NCBI RefSeq assembly: GCF_000315625.1
Contig: NW_005434484.1
Location: 1 to 33,365, forward strand
Direction: 5' to 3'
Length of the DNA stretch: 33,365 nt
Origin: Guillardia theta CCMP2712
Lineage: Eukaryota; Protista; Cryptophyta
The notes below the pieces were generated by a model that ran no database searches, was not told the origin of the DNA, and worked only from the letters and a program-made list of their open reading frames with translations. This document shows positions 19,983-31,800 of this stretch, piece by piece (the stretch's first letter is position 1; every line of letters begins with the position of its first letter). A program made the position numbers and the translations under genes.

Positions 19983-20258
19983 GTTGGGATATCGTTGGAT
20001 GTTCGTACATCGTTGAGATGTTCGTACATCGTTGGGATGTTTGTATATCGTTGGGATGTTCGTATATCGTTGGGATGTTTGTACATCGTTGGGATGTTTG
20101 TACATCGTTGGGATGTTTGTACATCGTTGGGATGTTTGTATATCGTTGAAATGTTTGTATATCGTTGGGATGTTTGTACATCGTTGGGATGTTTGTATAT
20201 CGTTGGGATGTTCGTATATCGTTGGGATGTTCGTACATCGTTGGGATGTTTGTACATC
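19983..20258. repeat. 20-bp minisatellite GTTGGGATGTT(T/C)GTA(C/T)ATC, ~13 copies
   Basis: Head-to-tail units with no spacers; internal inverted repeat GATGT-xxxx-ACATC. Confidence 0.93.
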
Positions 20259-20458
20259 ACACTCTTTTGACAACTTCATCCAACATATAAACATGTGAAC
20301 AAGGGTAGACCGCCAGTAGAGCCGCAAGAAGGGAGATGAGTTGGGCTGCATCATCCGCAACGCTTCACATTAAAATAATTTATGATATAAAAGTTATTTA
20401 AAAACTGTAGGAGTAAAAAGATCAGTAACGGTTTTTTTTTGAGACTGTTGCTTAAATA

Positions 20459-20872
20459 TTGACTATAGAGGCTGGTGGATAAAACTTACATCCCCATTTT
20501 AAACAACAAACTTTGACTATATCACTGGCACGTTGGCTAATAATATTTAGAGCTTTTATTTTTACTACAGCTTTTCCCTCCAGTCCAACCTCTTCGCGAT
20601 ATTTGACTATGAGTACCTATAGTGAAGCTAATATAGTCAATGATATCTCGGGACCATAGTCAATAAGGCGTACATAAGGTTTCAGTTAACATGTATCCTG
20701 GTAGTCAAGTTGGTACCTCGTCTGTATCTCCAACGCCCCGTTCGTTGTTATAGTCAATGTTGAGTGGTTATTGTCAAAAAAGATCCCTCATAGTCAATAA
20801 ATGACTGTTATAGTCAATCGAAAGTTTTCACTACGGCTGCAGAGAGAGAGAGAGAGCAGACGGTTATAGTCA
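20459..20872. promoter_or_regulatory. Cluster of ~10 TTGACTA/TAGTCAA motifs immediately upstream of the TPR-PH gene
   Basis: TTGACTAT at ~20459, 20513 and 20603; TAGTCAA-containing copies at ~20632, 20655, 20701, 20748, 20789, 20808 and 20864. A regulatory role is inferred only from position. Confidence 0.5.
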
Positions 20873-20878
20873 AGCGCC

Positions 20879-23178
20879 ATGGCGGCGGAAGGCCTTGATG
20901 GAGCCATAGCGGTGCTGGGAGGAGGAGGAGGGAGGGAGGAGGGGGAAGGAAAAAGAAAAGAAGGAGGGCCTGCTGAGGAACTGAAGGAGATGAAGAGAGA
21001 TGCGACACCTGAGCTCATGCTGGACCCTCCGAGTACCCCGAAGATGAAGTGTGTGGTTTCTGGGCTGGAGAAGTTCCTCAAGGAATGGAAGGAAGGAAAG
21101 AAGATGTCGCTTGACGAGTGGGAGAGTGCTTATGGTAAGGTAGACGGGGGGACAGAAAGCGATGCCCTCGCCTTCATGTGTGAAGAAGCTGAAGCTCTCG
21201 CAATGGACGACATGGACGACGATGCTCTTTCGAAGTATTACGACATCTTCATGATCAACCGCAACCATGCTCGAACGCTTCACAGCTTCGCCGTCTTCCA
21301 CCATCGCAAGGCTCAGGTAGGGGTCGCGCGCATCCTATATGAACACTGCTTGAAGATCAGCCCTCGCCGCTGGAAGACGAGCTTCAACCTAGCCCGGTAA
21401 CTCATCGATGCTTGTGTTGCAGTAGTAACGGGAGATGCAGGCTTGAGCAGGACAACAAGATGCAGGAGGAAGCATGTGCTCGCTATGAGGAAATCATCAA
21501 GGCCGCAGAGTGCGACGACAAGACTCGATGCGACTCTCTCGCATACCTCGCTCTGCTTCACCAGGAGCACCACCAGGACTACTGCAAGGCTTGCGATCTC
21601 TACAAGCAGTCGCTAAGGATCACTCCGAACCACATCTACAGTCTTGACCACTTGTGTGCTCTCCTCCAGTCTTGTGGGATCAGCGATGATTCGAAACAGC
21701 TTCATGAGTACGTGTGTGAACTTGACGGGGAGCACGGGTAGAGTCAGGACAGCCCTTTGCCTGCCCATGACGTGCTGGATCAGGTTGCGGTGGTGCCCCT
21801 ACGGTAACAGTCTCTTCAGTGGCGAGAGGCTAGTGAAAAATAAGACGGAAGTGATCAAAAGCCTTCCTGAGGACCTTCGAACTCAGATCGTCGACTTGGT
21901 ACACTAAACCAATTTATTTGATTTTTCAGTGAAATGTTGTACAGCTCAAGGAAATATCAGAGCATGTGCCCAATACACCGACAAAAACGTCGTTACCTCT
22001 CTGTCTTCATTCTTCTTCTGACTCTCTTGTCAATGAACAGCTCGCGGAACGAGAGGCTGTCGTCCATCAAATCCTTCTCCAGCATTATCACCAGCAAGAA
22101 CTTGCGACGCAACACGGATTTGAAGAGCAGCATGCTGCTGCCGGAAGAGTGAGATCTTTGCTTGTGGTGCAGGGTGAAGTCCAGGTGGTGACGAGGATGG
22201 CAGGGGGCTGTTGACGTCCGGGTGGATGAAGAAGCGAGGATGGTACGTGACTTCCTGGAGAGATCGCTTCTTCGTTATCAAAGGCCGAGCGCTGGAGTAC
22301 TACGTGACCGACAAGAACCACCATAACGAGCAGCCAAGAGGAACTATCTGGCTGGCCGGTTGTGAGGTGGAGGACAGGGGCAAGGTTGACAACCTGTTCC
22401 TCTTTGCTGTGCTGGACAAGGTGGCCAAGAGAACGTACGAATGCGCCTGCGAGTCCGACGAGAGCCGTCAAAGTTGGATGTCAAGCATTCGAGAGGTTGC
22501 CTGGGGTGACAGGTGATGAGGAGGGAGAATGACTTCCCGTGCTGATGCTGAGGGATATGCTTGTTGCAGGCGTCATGCCCTCGAGCGTGCGGGGTCCTTC
22601 TTTGAGTCTTTGTATGCCTTTCCTGCCTGCCTGCTCCTCTCTTGACACGTCTGCAGCGTCTCTACAGCGCATGAGCATCCCGATGCACACGGAGGATCGT
22701 TTGCGCTCGGAGGGATCGTGAAGAAGCGAGGATGGTACAACACGTCATGGCAGGACCGCTACTTCCTGCTCAAGGAGAACGTGCTGGAGTACTACGCGAG
22801 CGTTCAGGCCTTCGAGTCAAGGTCGCAACCGCGAGGCAGCATCAATATCTTCGATTGTGTGGTGGAGGAAAAAGGTTCCAACGGGAAGATTTGGGAATTC
22901 ACTATCCGAGACAAGGTGAGTTGAGGGAAGCGAGGGAGGGAGAGGATGGAGAGATGAGGGAAGAAACGAGACATCTAGAGGGAGTATTGCGGGGAAGGGG
23001 GAGGAATCGTAACGAGCCTTTCAAGGGCAGCAAGAGCAGGGAGATCAGAGGGAAGGTCAAGGAAGGTTTGCATGTGACATGAGAGCAGGTCAAGAAGAGA
23101 ACTTATGAATGTGCGTGTGCGACGGAGAAGGAGAGGTCGGAATGGGTGTCTACCATCCGACAGGCGTCAAGAGTTTGA
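20879..23178 (+). CDS. Protein with TPR repeats and two C-terminal PH domains (multi-exon)
   Basis: TPR-like segments ARILYEHCLKISPRRWKTSFNLA and ACDLYKQSLRITPNH. PH domains SGWMKKRGWYVTSWRDRFFVI...SRQSWMSSIR and KKRGWYNTSWQDRYFLL...ERSEWVSTIR. Confidence 0.85.
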
Positions 23179-23416
23179 TGGCTCCGTATGCCCTTCTCTG
23201 GACTTGTAGTCTTAATCCTTGTCAATTTGATTTAAAAGAGTGAAACTCTACTTGTTTTGTTGTCCTGCTCGCGCTCCCGCGCCTCCCTGCTTCCTTCCCC
23301 TCGTTCCTTCTCTGGCCTCTCACTTCCGTATCGTCCTTCTGTTTCATTATGTTCGCAATACTTTACAGCAACTTTGCTCCATCAAAAAGTCAACCAAGAA
23401 AAAACTTTGCGCGCAC

Positions 23417-25850
23417 TCATCCATTCTTCTCATCCGCCGATGGCCCCATGTCAGCCAGCATCTCCCGCAGGTCCACCACCAGCGCGGTGATGTTGTCCAT
23501 GCTCCCCAGCTGCCTCCTCGTCAGCTTCTGCCTCACCAACGAGCACCAAGAGAGGGGGAGGAGCCGAGCGACTCACAGAGGGAGTGAGGAAGTGAGTGGG
23601 AGCGAATAGCAGCGGAGGGGAATACAAGTCTGAGAGGATAACGGGCAGCAATGTCATAGGCGAGTACAAGTGTGACAAGGGGGGTGGGAGGGGGGGGAAC
23701 CTTGAGAGCCTCCGCCGTCAATTTCTTTGCAGCTGCTTGCGCATTCTTCTCGCCTGAGATGATCGTTGCAACCTGGACGACAACCATGACACTCATTGCA
23801 CGCCCAGCCGCTTCCCTCAAGCAAGTCTCCAGACCTCTTCCTTGGCTCCCACTACTATCTCCTCTCCTTTCACACTCCCACCACACAATTTGCTTATTGC
23901 ATTCCCCTGCTTGTCTCAACTCCTCTGCTTCCATTGCAGCCACTTTTACCTGCACGTTGGTCATCACGTCCCAGAGGCCATCCGTAGCCATGACAAGAAA
24001 ATCATCGCCCTGCAAGCGCTTGAGCCTTGAGAAGCGGAGGAGGAGAGTGGTGAGGAACAGGGAGGACAAGCGATGGTACCGGCTCAAGCTTCTTGTAGCG
24101 GATCTCGGGCTCCGCAATGACCCAATTCTTCAGCTCCCTAACAGCAGCGCGTGAGAGGAGGAGGATCCAGGAGCTCTTCATGCCTGTCACCAATGCCGCG
24201 AGAAGTAGCAAGGATGCCGTTCACTCTTGCACACCCGAAATAGACCACGGTTCCTCCCGCCTTGCGTTCCATCAGCACAAGTGAGGACGCGCCTGCTCTT
24301 CAGACCTGCTCGATCCTCTCTCGCTCGCTCGGACGGTCTGGTTTGTGATCTACACTCATGGGAATGGCAGACTGACCACAGCAAAGGATAGCCCGACTGG
24401 CACACAAAGTGAGCAAAGATCACCTACAAGCAGCTGACAACTCGCCTGTCCCCCGCGTTGGCAACATAAAGCTCACGTCCCACCAGGAGCGCCGTAGCTG
24501 CTGTGCTGCCATCGCTGTGCTCCCGTCAAGACCGACAGTGAAGGCCAGCACAACAATCACTTGAGGTTCTCCTTCTCCGCCCGCTGCAGGAATGAGGCGT
24601 CTGTCTTCATGAACGCTGATTGGAGTGCCTGCGGGAAATCTTATTCGAGCTTCTTAATACCCTCGCTCACCTCTCGCGGCCCGAGTTGCTGTAGGTCGAC
24701 CTCCAGGTACTTGGCTGGCAACGCATCAGCACAGGAAAGAAACGTCTCATGGTTCTTCTCACCCAGTTGGTCCCTCGCAAACTGCGAAGCTCTCTTGCCG
24801 CTGTGTCCGTCAAATACTCCGAAGAAGCAGGACTTGCCGGAAGCTGCGGGGCAGGATAGATCAGACGGCCACATAGCCCAGCCGTGACTCACTTCCAAAG
24901 TTCAACGAGGTGAAGTGCATGTCCTCCATGTACGGTCGGCGACCCTGCACGAGGCTTGATCGCATCGTCAGGCTTTGGTAGCAGCAGGAGGAGCAGGAGG
25001 AGCAGGAGGAGCAGGAAGAGGATCAAGACCTGTAGCCCACGCTTGGCTTTGACTTCGATCCAGGCTCAAACCCGTCTTCGTCCTTGAACCTCTCAACCCC
25101 AATGCCGGTGAGACGTTGAAGCAAAAACATCCCGACGAGAAAAAGGGAGATGACACTCGAAAGCTGAACACAGCCTGTAACAGGAATGAGGAGAAGACAA
25201 CCTGATCAGTTTCCACATAGAAATCGTGACACAAAATCGACATTGCAACAGCAACATTGCAAACAGACAGACGTGTTCACTTACCCAAAAGAGAGCAAAC
25301 AAACGCGAAAAACACTCCCTTCTCCAACAAGCTCATAGCAGCATCCTCATCCCCCTCCTGCTTTTCTAGCTGGACTCGCCCTCCCAGGAAATCTTCGCCC
25401 ACCAACGTCCAGGTTGCAAACCCAATGAAGATCCTGAAATGTCGAGACACGCATCAGTCCCATCGCGTTCCACAGCACCTTTTTCAAAAGAGTTGGCCAC
25501 GGGTTCCACAAGATTACAATAGAATGTTTCTTGATATCAGCTCACATAATTTGTTCCATCAAACACCCAACTGCATGCTCTCGTCCTCTCAAACTTTCTT
25601 AACCCAACCCATCGACCACACCTACATTCTCCCTGACTATCATGATTCAAAGGCTTGTCTAACAAGCTCAGATAGCTCCTTTTCCTCACATAATGATAGG
25701 TGCATTTCAACAACTACTCCTCAGCTTATTCTCTTCTCTTTCCCAGGCGTCAATCTTCTATGTTTCATTACGATCGGCTTCGGAAAATTGCTCACGAGAG
25801 GGCTCCACCCTCCTTCTCTTCTTGCTCCTCTGCTCTTGCTGCTCATGACT
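23417..25850 (-). CDS. PP2C/PPM-family protein phosphatase (multi-exon; start uncertain)
   Basis: QGRRPYMED, FFGVFDGHSG, DGSTAATALL...YVANAGD, VMATDGLWDV and GSMDNIT. Confidence 0.9.
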
Positions 25851-26278
25851 GTAGCAGCTTTCCTCGTTCTCTCCACCTCCCTCTCCCTCTCCCTCTCCCC
25901 CTCCCCCCCCCCCTCCGTTTTCTCCTCTCAAACTCGCACGGTTCCCTGCATGGCCTCGTGACCTACCCCACCTACCCATCCCGCTATATCACCCCCTTCC
26001 GGCCCACCATAGTTGAAAGTACCCCCCAAATTCCTATGAATACAAGGGGTAAATGCCCATAAACTTTTCGAAAATTCCCTTTCCACCCCTTCAAACGATG
26101 CCATTGGCCACACCACCCCCGGTCGACCTATTCCCCAAACTTTCGACTTGCAAGGGGAAGGGCAAAGTCCAGTTCAGGTGGGTGGTAGGTAGTAGAATAG
26201 ATTTTACCAGGGGTGTTTAGCAAGAGATTTTAGAGGGTCCACGGGTCATAAATGGGTATGAATAGGGGTAGTCGGAAG

Positions 26279-26960
26279 ATGCAAGGAGCTAAAAGGGTAG
26301 GGTGGAAGACCAAGGAGGGTACTTCCGCAAATACCAGAGGCGGCGGGCAATGTGGTCGTGGTGCTGCTGGGAGGTCAATGGCGGGAAGTATGAGTGGGGA
26401 AGCGCCGACGACGAGGAGCTGAGATCGTTCTCGGAGGTAGAGAAGGACGCTTTGAGGAGGAGGACGCTGGCCAGGCGCAAAGAGCACTTGTTCAACCCGG
26501 CTGAGCCAGAGAAACAACCTGAGCCCAGAAGGCCTTCGCAGAGTCCGAGGAGGAAGATGCAGAGTATTCAGATGTCAGAGATTTACTGCGATCAGTATCT
26601 AGACATCTGAAAAGAAGAGAGTTAGAGCTTATTGTCAGTGATGCCTGACATGCTGGGATTCCTCCTGTCCTACTGTGGATGCCCGAGAGCGCGAGGATCG
26701 AATGATGCTTCGCAGCAAGAGCTGGACTCCGAGAGGGCTCGCTACGAGAGCATGCTCGACCTAGCAAGAGATAATCCCACAGTGTCAGGTACTGATGTTG
26801 AAAAGGCCTTTGTTGCAGCTAAGAGCGATGATCCAAACGCAAACACCAACGTGAAAAAGTCTTCCAAAGCCAACAGTATTGGTCGATACAGGAAATGAGT
26901 ACAGCAGGAATATTCATTCGAACTTCTTTCTCCTCATCCTTCTATGCTTTAAGTCTGGAG
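26279..26960 (+). CDS. Small hypothetical protein (structure uncertain)
   Basis: Two coding-like ORFs (26302-26610 and 26632-26898) divergent from PP2C; no recognisable domain. Confidence 0.35.
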
Positions 26961-28855
26961 TGTGAGGAAAACCTTCGTGCGTGGAGGCTCTCTGATTTGG
27001 ACCATCCCCTGGATATTCATTGTTGTGTTGAAAGCGTCTTGAACCGTTTGAAAAGTTGAGGATTTTTAAGTAGGACTGAGTTCAGATCCAAAAAGCAAAA
27101 TGTTACAAGCTTGAATTGGTTGTCACTCTATCCAACACTCGGCATGTACTACAAGTTTGCTCAGTCCGATGCTGACAGATGCGGCGGCATACTAATCCGA
27201 TTGGCCGCGCCGCCGCCATTATGCGTTCAACGACTCGCTGCAGCTACCAGCCACGGCTTCTCGGCTAGTCCTACTCGACCGTACGGCCACACTCCGAGCA
27301 CACAGACGGTACGGTAGCCTGCCACTGAGTCACGAGTAGCACAGTGAAAGCGGCCGCTGAGTGGCTGATCATATGATCCGACCGCCGGGATCATAGTGCT
27401 TTCCTGGCAGTTTGACTGATCATCATAGTATAACTTCGAGTAAAGCCACTCATGCCCCGCCGGGCCGCGCCATCCGATCCGAGCCACGGCACCGAACCGA
27501 TCGTACTGGAGTCACGCCGACAGTCGGACGCTCCAAGCTCGGACCGGGGCCCGGGACGGCGGCCCGGGCCCGGGGCTCCGCCGCGGCGGCCGGGCTGCGC
27601 CGGTGAAAAGTACTAAGTTTTACAACCCGTGTTGCGGCCCTGAAAACGTTACATGGCCGTTAGATGATCATGACATAAAATGGATTTATTAGTTTTAAAA
27701 CTATAAAAGCTCAAATAAACCCGCTCACTACGCAGGGGTTGATGAGATACTACAGGGGATAGGGAGGTAGGGGTTGTCCTGTTTCTAGCACTGCTACGAC
27801 AGCTACGGTAGGGGTGGTCAAAGTTGTGGTCCTGCAGTATGGATATATGGGGGTAGGACTACGCCCTCGACCATGGGAAGTAGAAGATGTGGGGAGAAAC
27901 GGTGGGTTCGATAAGGATATAATGAGGTGGAATATGGGGTAGGGGTAGTAAGGAGTAGGGGTATATCCTAGGAAATGACCCTAAAATATTAGTAATGGTT
28001 TGTACCCACATGAAAAACAGTTTTAAAAAGAAACATTCTTTTTTAACTAGACCGTTCGGGAATGGTGGTCGAGGCTCGAGGTGGAGAGGGGAGGGGAGGG
28101 ACAAGAAGTTGGGCGAGCTAGACATCTGACAAAGAAGGAGATCGATGGACTTCAAGACAGAGAGACAGATGGACACACAGGCTAAATAATGCGGAAGATG
28201 CAGGATAGTGTGGAGTTAGGAGCAGCTGAACAGTTTAAAAAAAATGGGCTGAGAGTAGGATCGAATGATAAGGGGAGATTCTGAGAGTCAAACAGAAGAA
28301 CCTGATCAATCTGTCCAGGGCAGAAATTCAGATGTAGGAATGAGGGATTCGAATTGCTGCAGACCTCAAAGGTCAAATTAAGATAGAATGAGCGCAGTTT
28401 TATTCGAAATTAAAGTGTTGTCGAATGAGGACCTTTTGTAAAGTAGAAAAAAGTGCTTTGCTCATGTTTACTTCTATCATCATCTTTGGCTATAGATGGT
28501 TGTATGCAAGCAGATATCCTCCTCTTTTTGTTCAAAATGCTTCTGTTGTATTGGGTCTGTGGCTTGAGAACTTCTCTACGCATTCTACTGCCATGAATGA
28601 TAGCACTCCGATGGCTCCTCTATCCTCCTCAGTCATACCTCTTGCTGTTCTCCCTTCCTTTTCTTCTGGAGCTCATTCGAAGCAACTGCTCTCGCTTACG
28701 ATGTGCCGAAGCATGGCGTGAAGCTTCAAGCCACAGCCGGGACCGGATTGACGATTGTGGAATTCATGGGCAGGCATGGCAAGTTAGGTATTAGCAAACA
28801 TTGCCGATCGGTTCGACTGAAGTTTTAACAGGATGTGTTAGCTTCTGAAGAACAA

Positions 28856-31800
28856 ATGGAGATGACGGAATTGCAACCGACAGCGAGCAACCCGCTGGAA
28901 GACGTAAAGAGCTCCCGGTTGGCACAGCATCGCATTGACGTTGCTCACAGATCAAGTTCTTTTGGGAAATCTTTCAGCAAGATGCGAATGCAAATATCGT
29001 TCTTTTCTTCCAGAAGCTGTTTGCCACGGAACCTGGATCAGTGCGTCTTTTCCGGAATACCGGTAATGATTTGCTGCACGTGCGTGGAGCAATCTGATTG
29101 TATTGATTCAGCAAACTCGACTCCTCCGTTGTCGAAGCGAGCAAACATCGTTGAGAAGCATCTCGATCACTGCATTCAAAGAGCAACGAGGTGACGCAAC
29201 CATTCTTCTCTGCACTCACTGAGTGGATCACCAACCAGCATCGAAGATCTCGTCCCTGGATGTCAATCGCTGTGTGCCTGTCTGTGCCAGCAGGGCTTTG
29301 AGTGGAAAGCTTTCTTGGACGTTAGACCTCTCTCCCTCCTTCCCTCCCTCCATCTCTCCTTCCCTCCCTCACTCCATCCATCAATCCATCCATCTAAATT
29401 ACTGATTTGCTTCCAGATCCTTGGAAAGACACTCTCGTCCCTGTTCGAGACCCTCTGCCGCAATGAATGGACGCCAACCATCAAGTTGAAGTGGCACAAC
29501 TTGTGGAGGGTGCTGCAGCATCGGATGCTCTTCTCTGGGGAGAACGTCTCCATGGAGGTTGGGGAAAGCTACAACATACCCAAGTATCTCTACCAAGGTT
29601 CCGCTATCCTCACTCGCCTCGGACGAGATGCTCAGAATCATTCAGATGGTTTACGCCCTGGGCCTCTCACTTGTTTGACACGTGTTCCTTGCCAGGTATC
29701 GTCGACACCAATTCTCGTGTGCGCCTCAGCATCTTCTCGGGCCAGCACGGAGTTGTTGTCTTGCGTGCTGTGGACGCATTGGACGTTACTGTCTTCGAGC
29801 AGGACATAGGGCCGACGTCGCCCGACGTCAATGTTGAAGAAAACTTCTCCGTGCTGTTGAGGGATCCTGATAACGGTGTGTGGGGCATCCAGTTTGAGTC
29901 TGCCAAGGCCTTGTCGGGGTTTCTGTCGGGCATCTCGATAGCTCAAGACATCGTCTTCTCCAACAAGTCTGAGCGACAAACCAAGTCTAATGGCTGCCTG
30001 CAAGGCTCGTCGAGTGCGATAAACTTCTGGTTAAGAACGCTTCACTTCTCTCCATCACCCTGAAACTTGACCTAGGGCGAGAGCCATAGCCGAGATTGGT
30101 GATTGCCACCCAAGGCAGGGCCTGGGCCAGGGGAAGGTACATGTGCTCCAGCGTATGTACGACCAGTGCTGATGGCTACATGACAGACCCACGTGTTGGA
30201 GGATCACGAAGCTTGCCTGTCGCCGAGAGCAGAGAGCAGCATGCTGTTGCGGGTGCTCGAAGACATGTTCACAGCAAAGAGATCAGAGTCCGAGGAGATG
30301 GCCCTCCTGCGATCGCAGATCGATCGACTGGAGAAGAGCCTGTCGTCGCTGTCGGTCGTGCGGCAAGATGTGAGTGTGTGAGCTGCCTGTGCTGTCAGTG
30401 ACGTTGCCGACAGTCCCGATCCTCGGAGAGTAACGCTCCTACCCCTCCCAAGCATCAGGTGGTCCGCCATCTTTCGCTAGAGGACATCGACGTTGAGAAG
30501 TTGAACAAGCCGCTCGGCCTCGAGCGGATGTCATCGGCTGACAACATAGGGTCCCTCGTCTCCTTTAACCTCGACTCGTCCCAGGAGAACTCACCGATGC
30601 TGTCCCCCATGAAGTCGGCCATGTCGGATGTCGATCTCAACCGCCCCTTCCCTTACACCAACGCTGTCTACATCCAGCAGCAGGACATCTACGAGGACGG
30701 CATCCCTCCCATCCCCCGAGCGATCGCAGCTCAGCGGCACATGGAGGTGATGGTTCTCGTGCGAGAGGCGACCAACCTGCCGGTGTCCAAGGCAGAGACG
30801 GAGAAGTCCTACTACTGCGTGGAGATCACCTGCGACCAGGAGACCTTCAAGACCGACGTCCGAATCGCCAACTCCTCCCATGGCTGCCAGTGGTTCGAAC
30901 GCTCGAGCATCAATGTGCCTGCACACCTCCTGCAGGAGGCTCGGCGAGCTATGAGCGAGAGCTCAGCTGCTCCTTCCTTGCTCCTCACCCTCTACGACTG
31001 CGGGAGATACTCGGGACGAGAGGTCGTAGGGTCCAGCACGTTCACGCTCGACAAGATCTTCGACATTCCCGATGACGGCATCCTCTGCAACTTCGAGCTG
31101 GACAAGGAGGGCAGCCCTGGTGAGAGAGGATGATAAACCCTTGCTATTCCTGCCTCGCTGATGGTTGTGCAGTTTTCGGGGAGAACGGGAAGGAGTCCAT
31201 GGTCTCTGTGGCCTTTAGGACTCACTTGTCCAAATATCTCAACGAGGTAGGAAACTTCTCTCTGATGATGTTGTTGATGATGATGAGGAGGAGGAGGTGG
31301 AGGAGGAGGAGGATTGTAGCGGTAGTGGTGATGGTGGTCATGACGATGATAGTTGTGGTAGTGGTGGTCTTGATAAGTGTAATGGTGATAGTGGCCTGTT
31401 ATCCTTCCCCTCCTGCTCTCCGTCCTTCCCTTCCTTTCCTTCCTTTCCTTCCTCCCCGCCTGCCCACCCTTTTCGACATTTTGACGCTCTTGCCAGTGGC
31501 AACCGCCGAGCCTGGAAGACACGCTGAGGTCGAGCGAGAGCAAGGTGGTGCTCGCTCCGGCTCGAGTCTCGTGGTACTCGCGGATAGAGCGAGAGGTCAG
31601 CCCGTCGTCTCCCTCCAACAAGACGGCGATCCGAGGTTACATGTCTCAGTTCGGCCGCACCATGTCGCTCACCGGCATGCACGACAACCGGAGCAGACAG
31701 GAGGACAGCATGGAGGAGAGGCCCCTGCTGACGCTGGAGTGGGATCAGGTGTCGGATATGGAGGAGGACGAGTGGGAGAAGATCGACTACTACTGGCGCG

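Noticed and set aside
19983-20258. Possible CRISPR array
   Set aside because: Units are contiguous with no unique spacers, there are no cas genes, and the context is eukaryotic. The repetitive ORFs here are artefacts.
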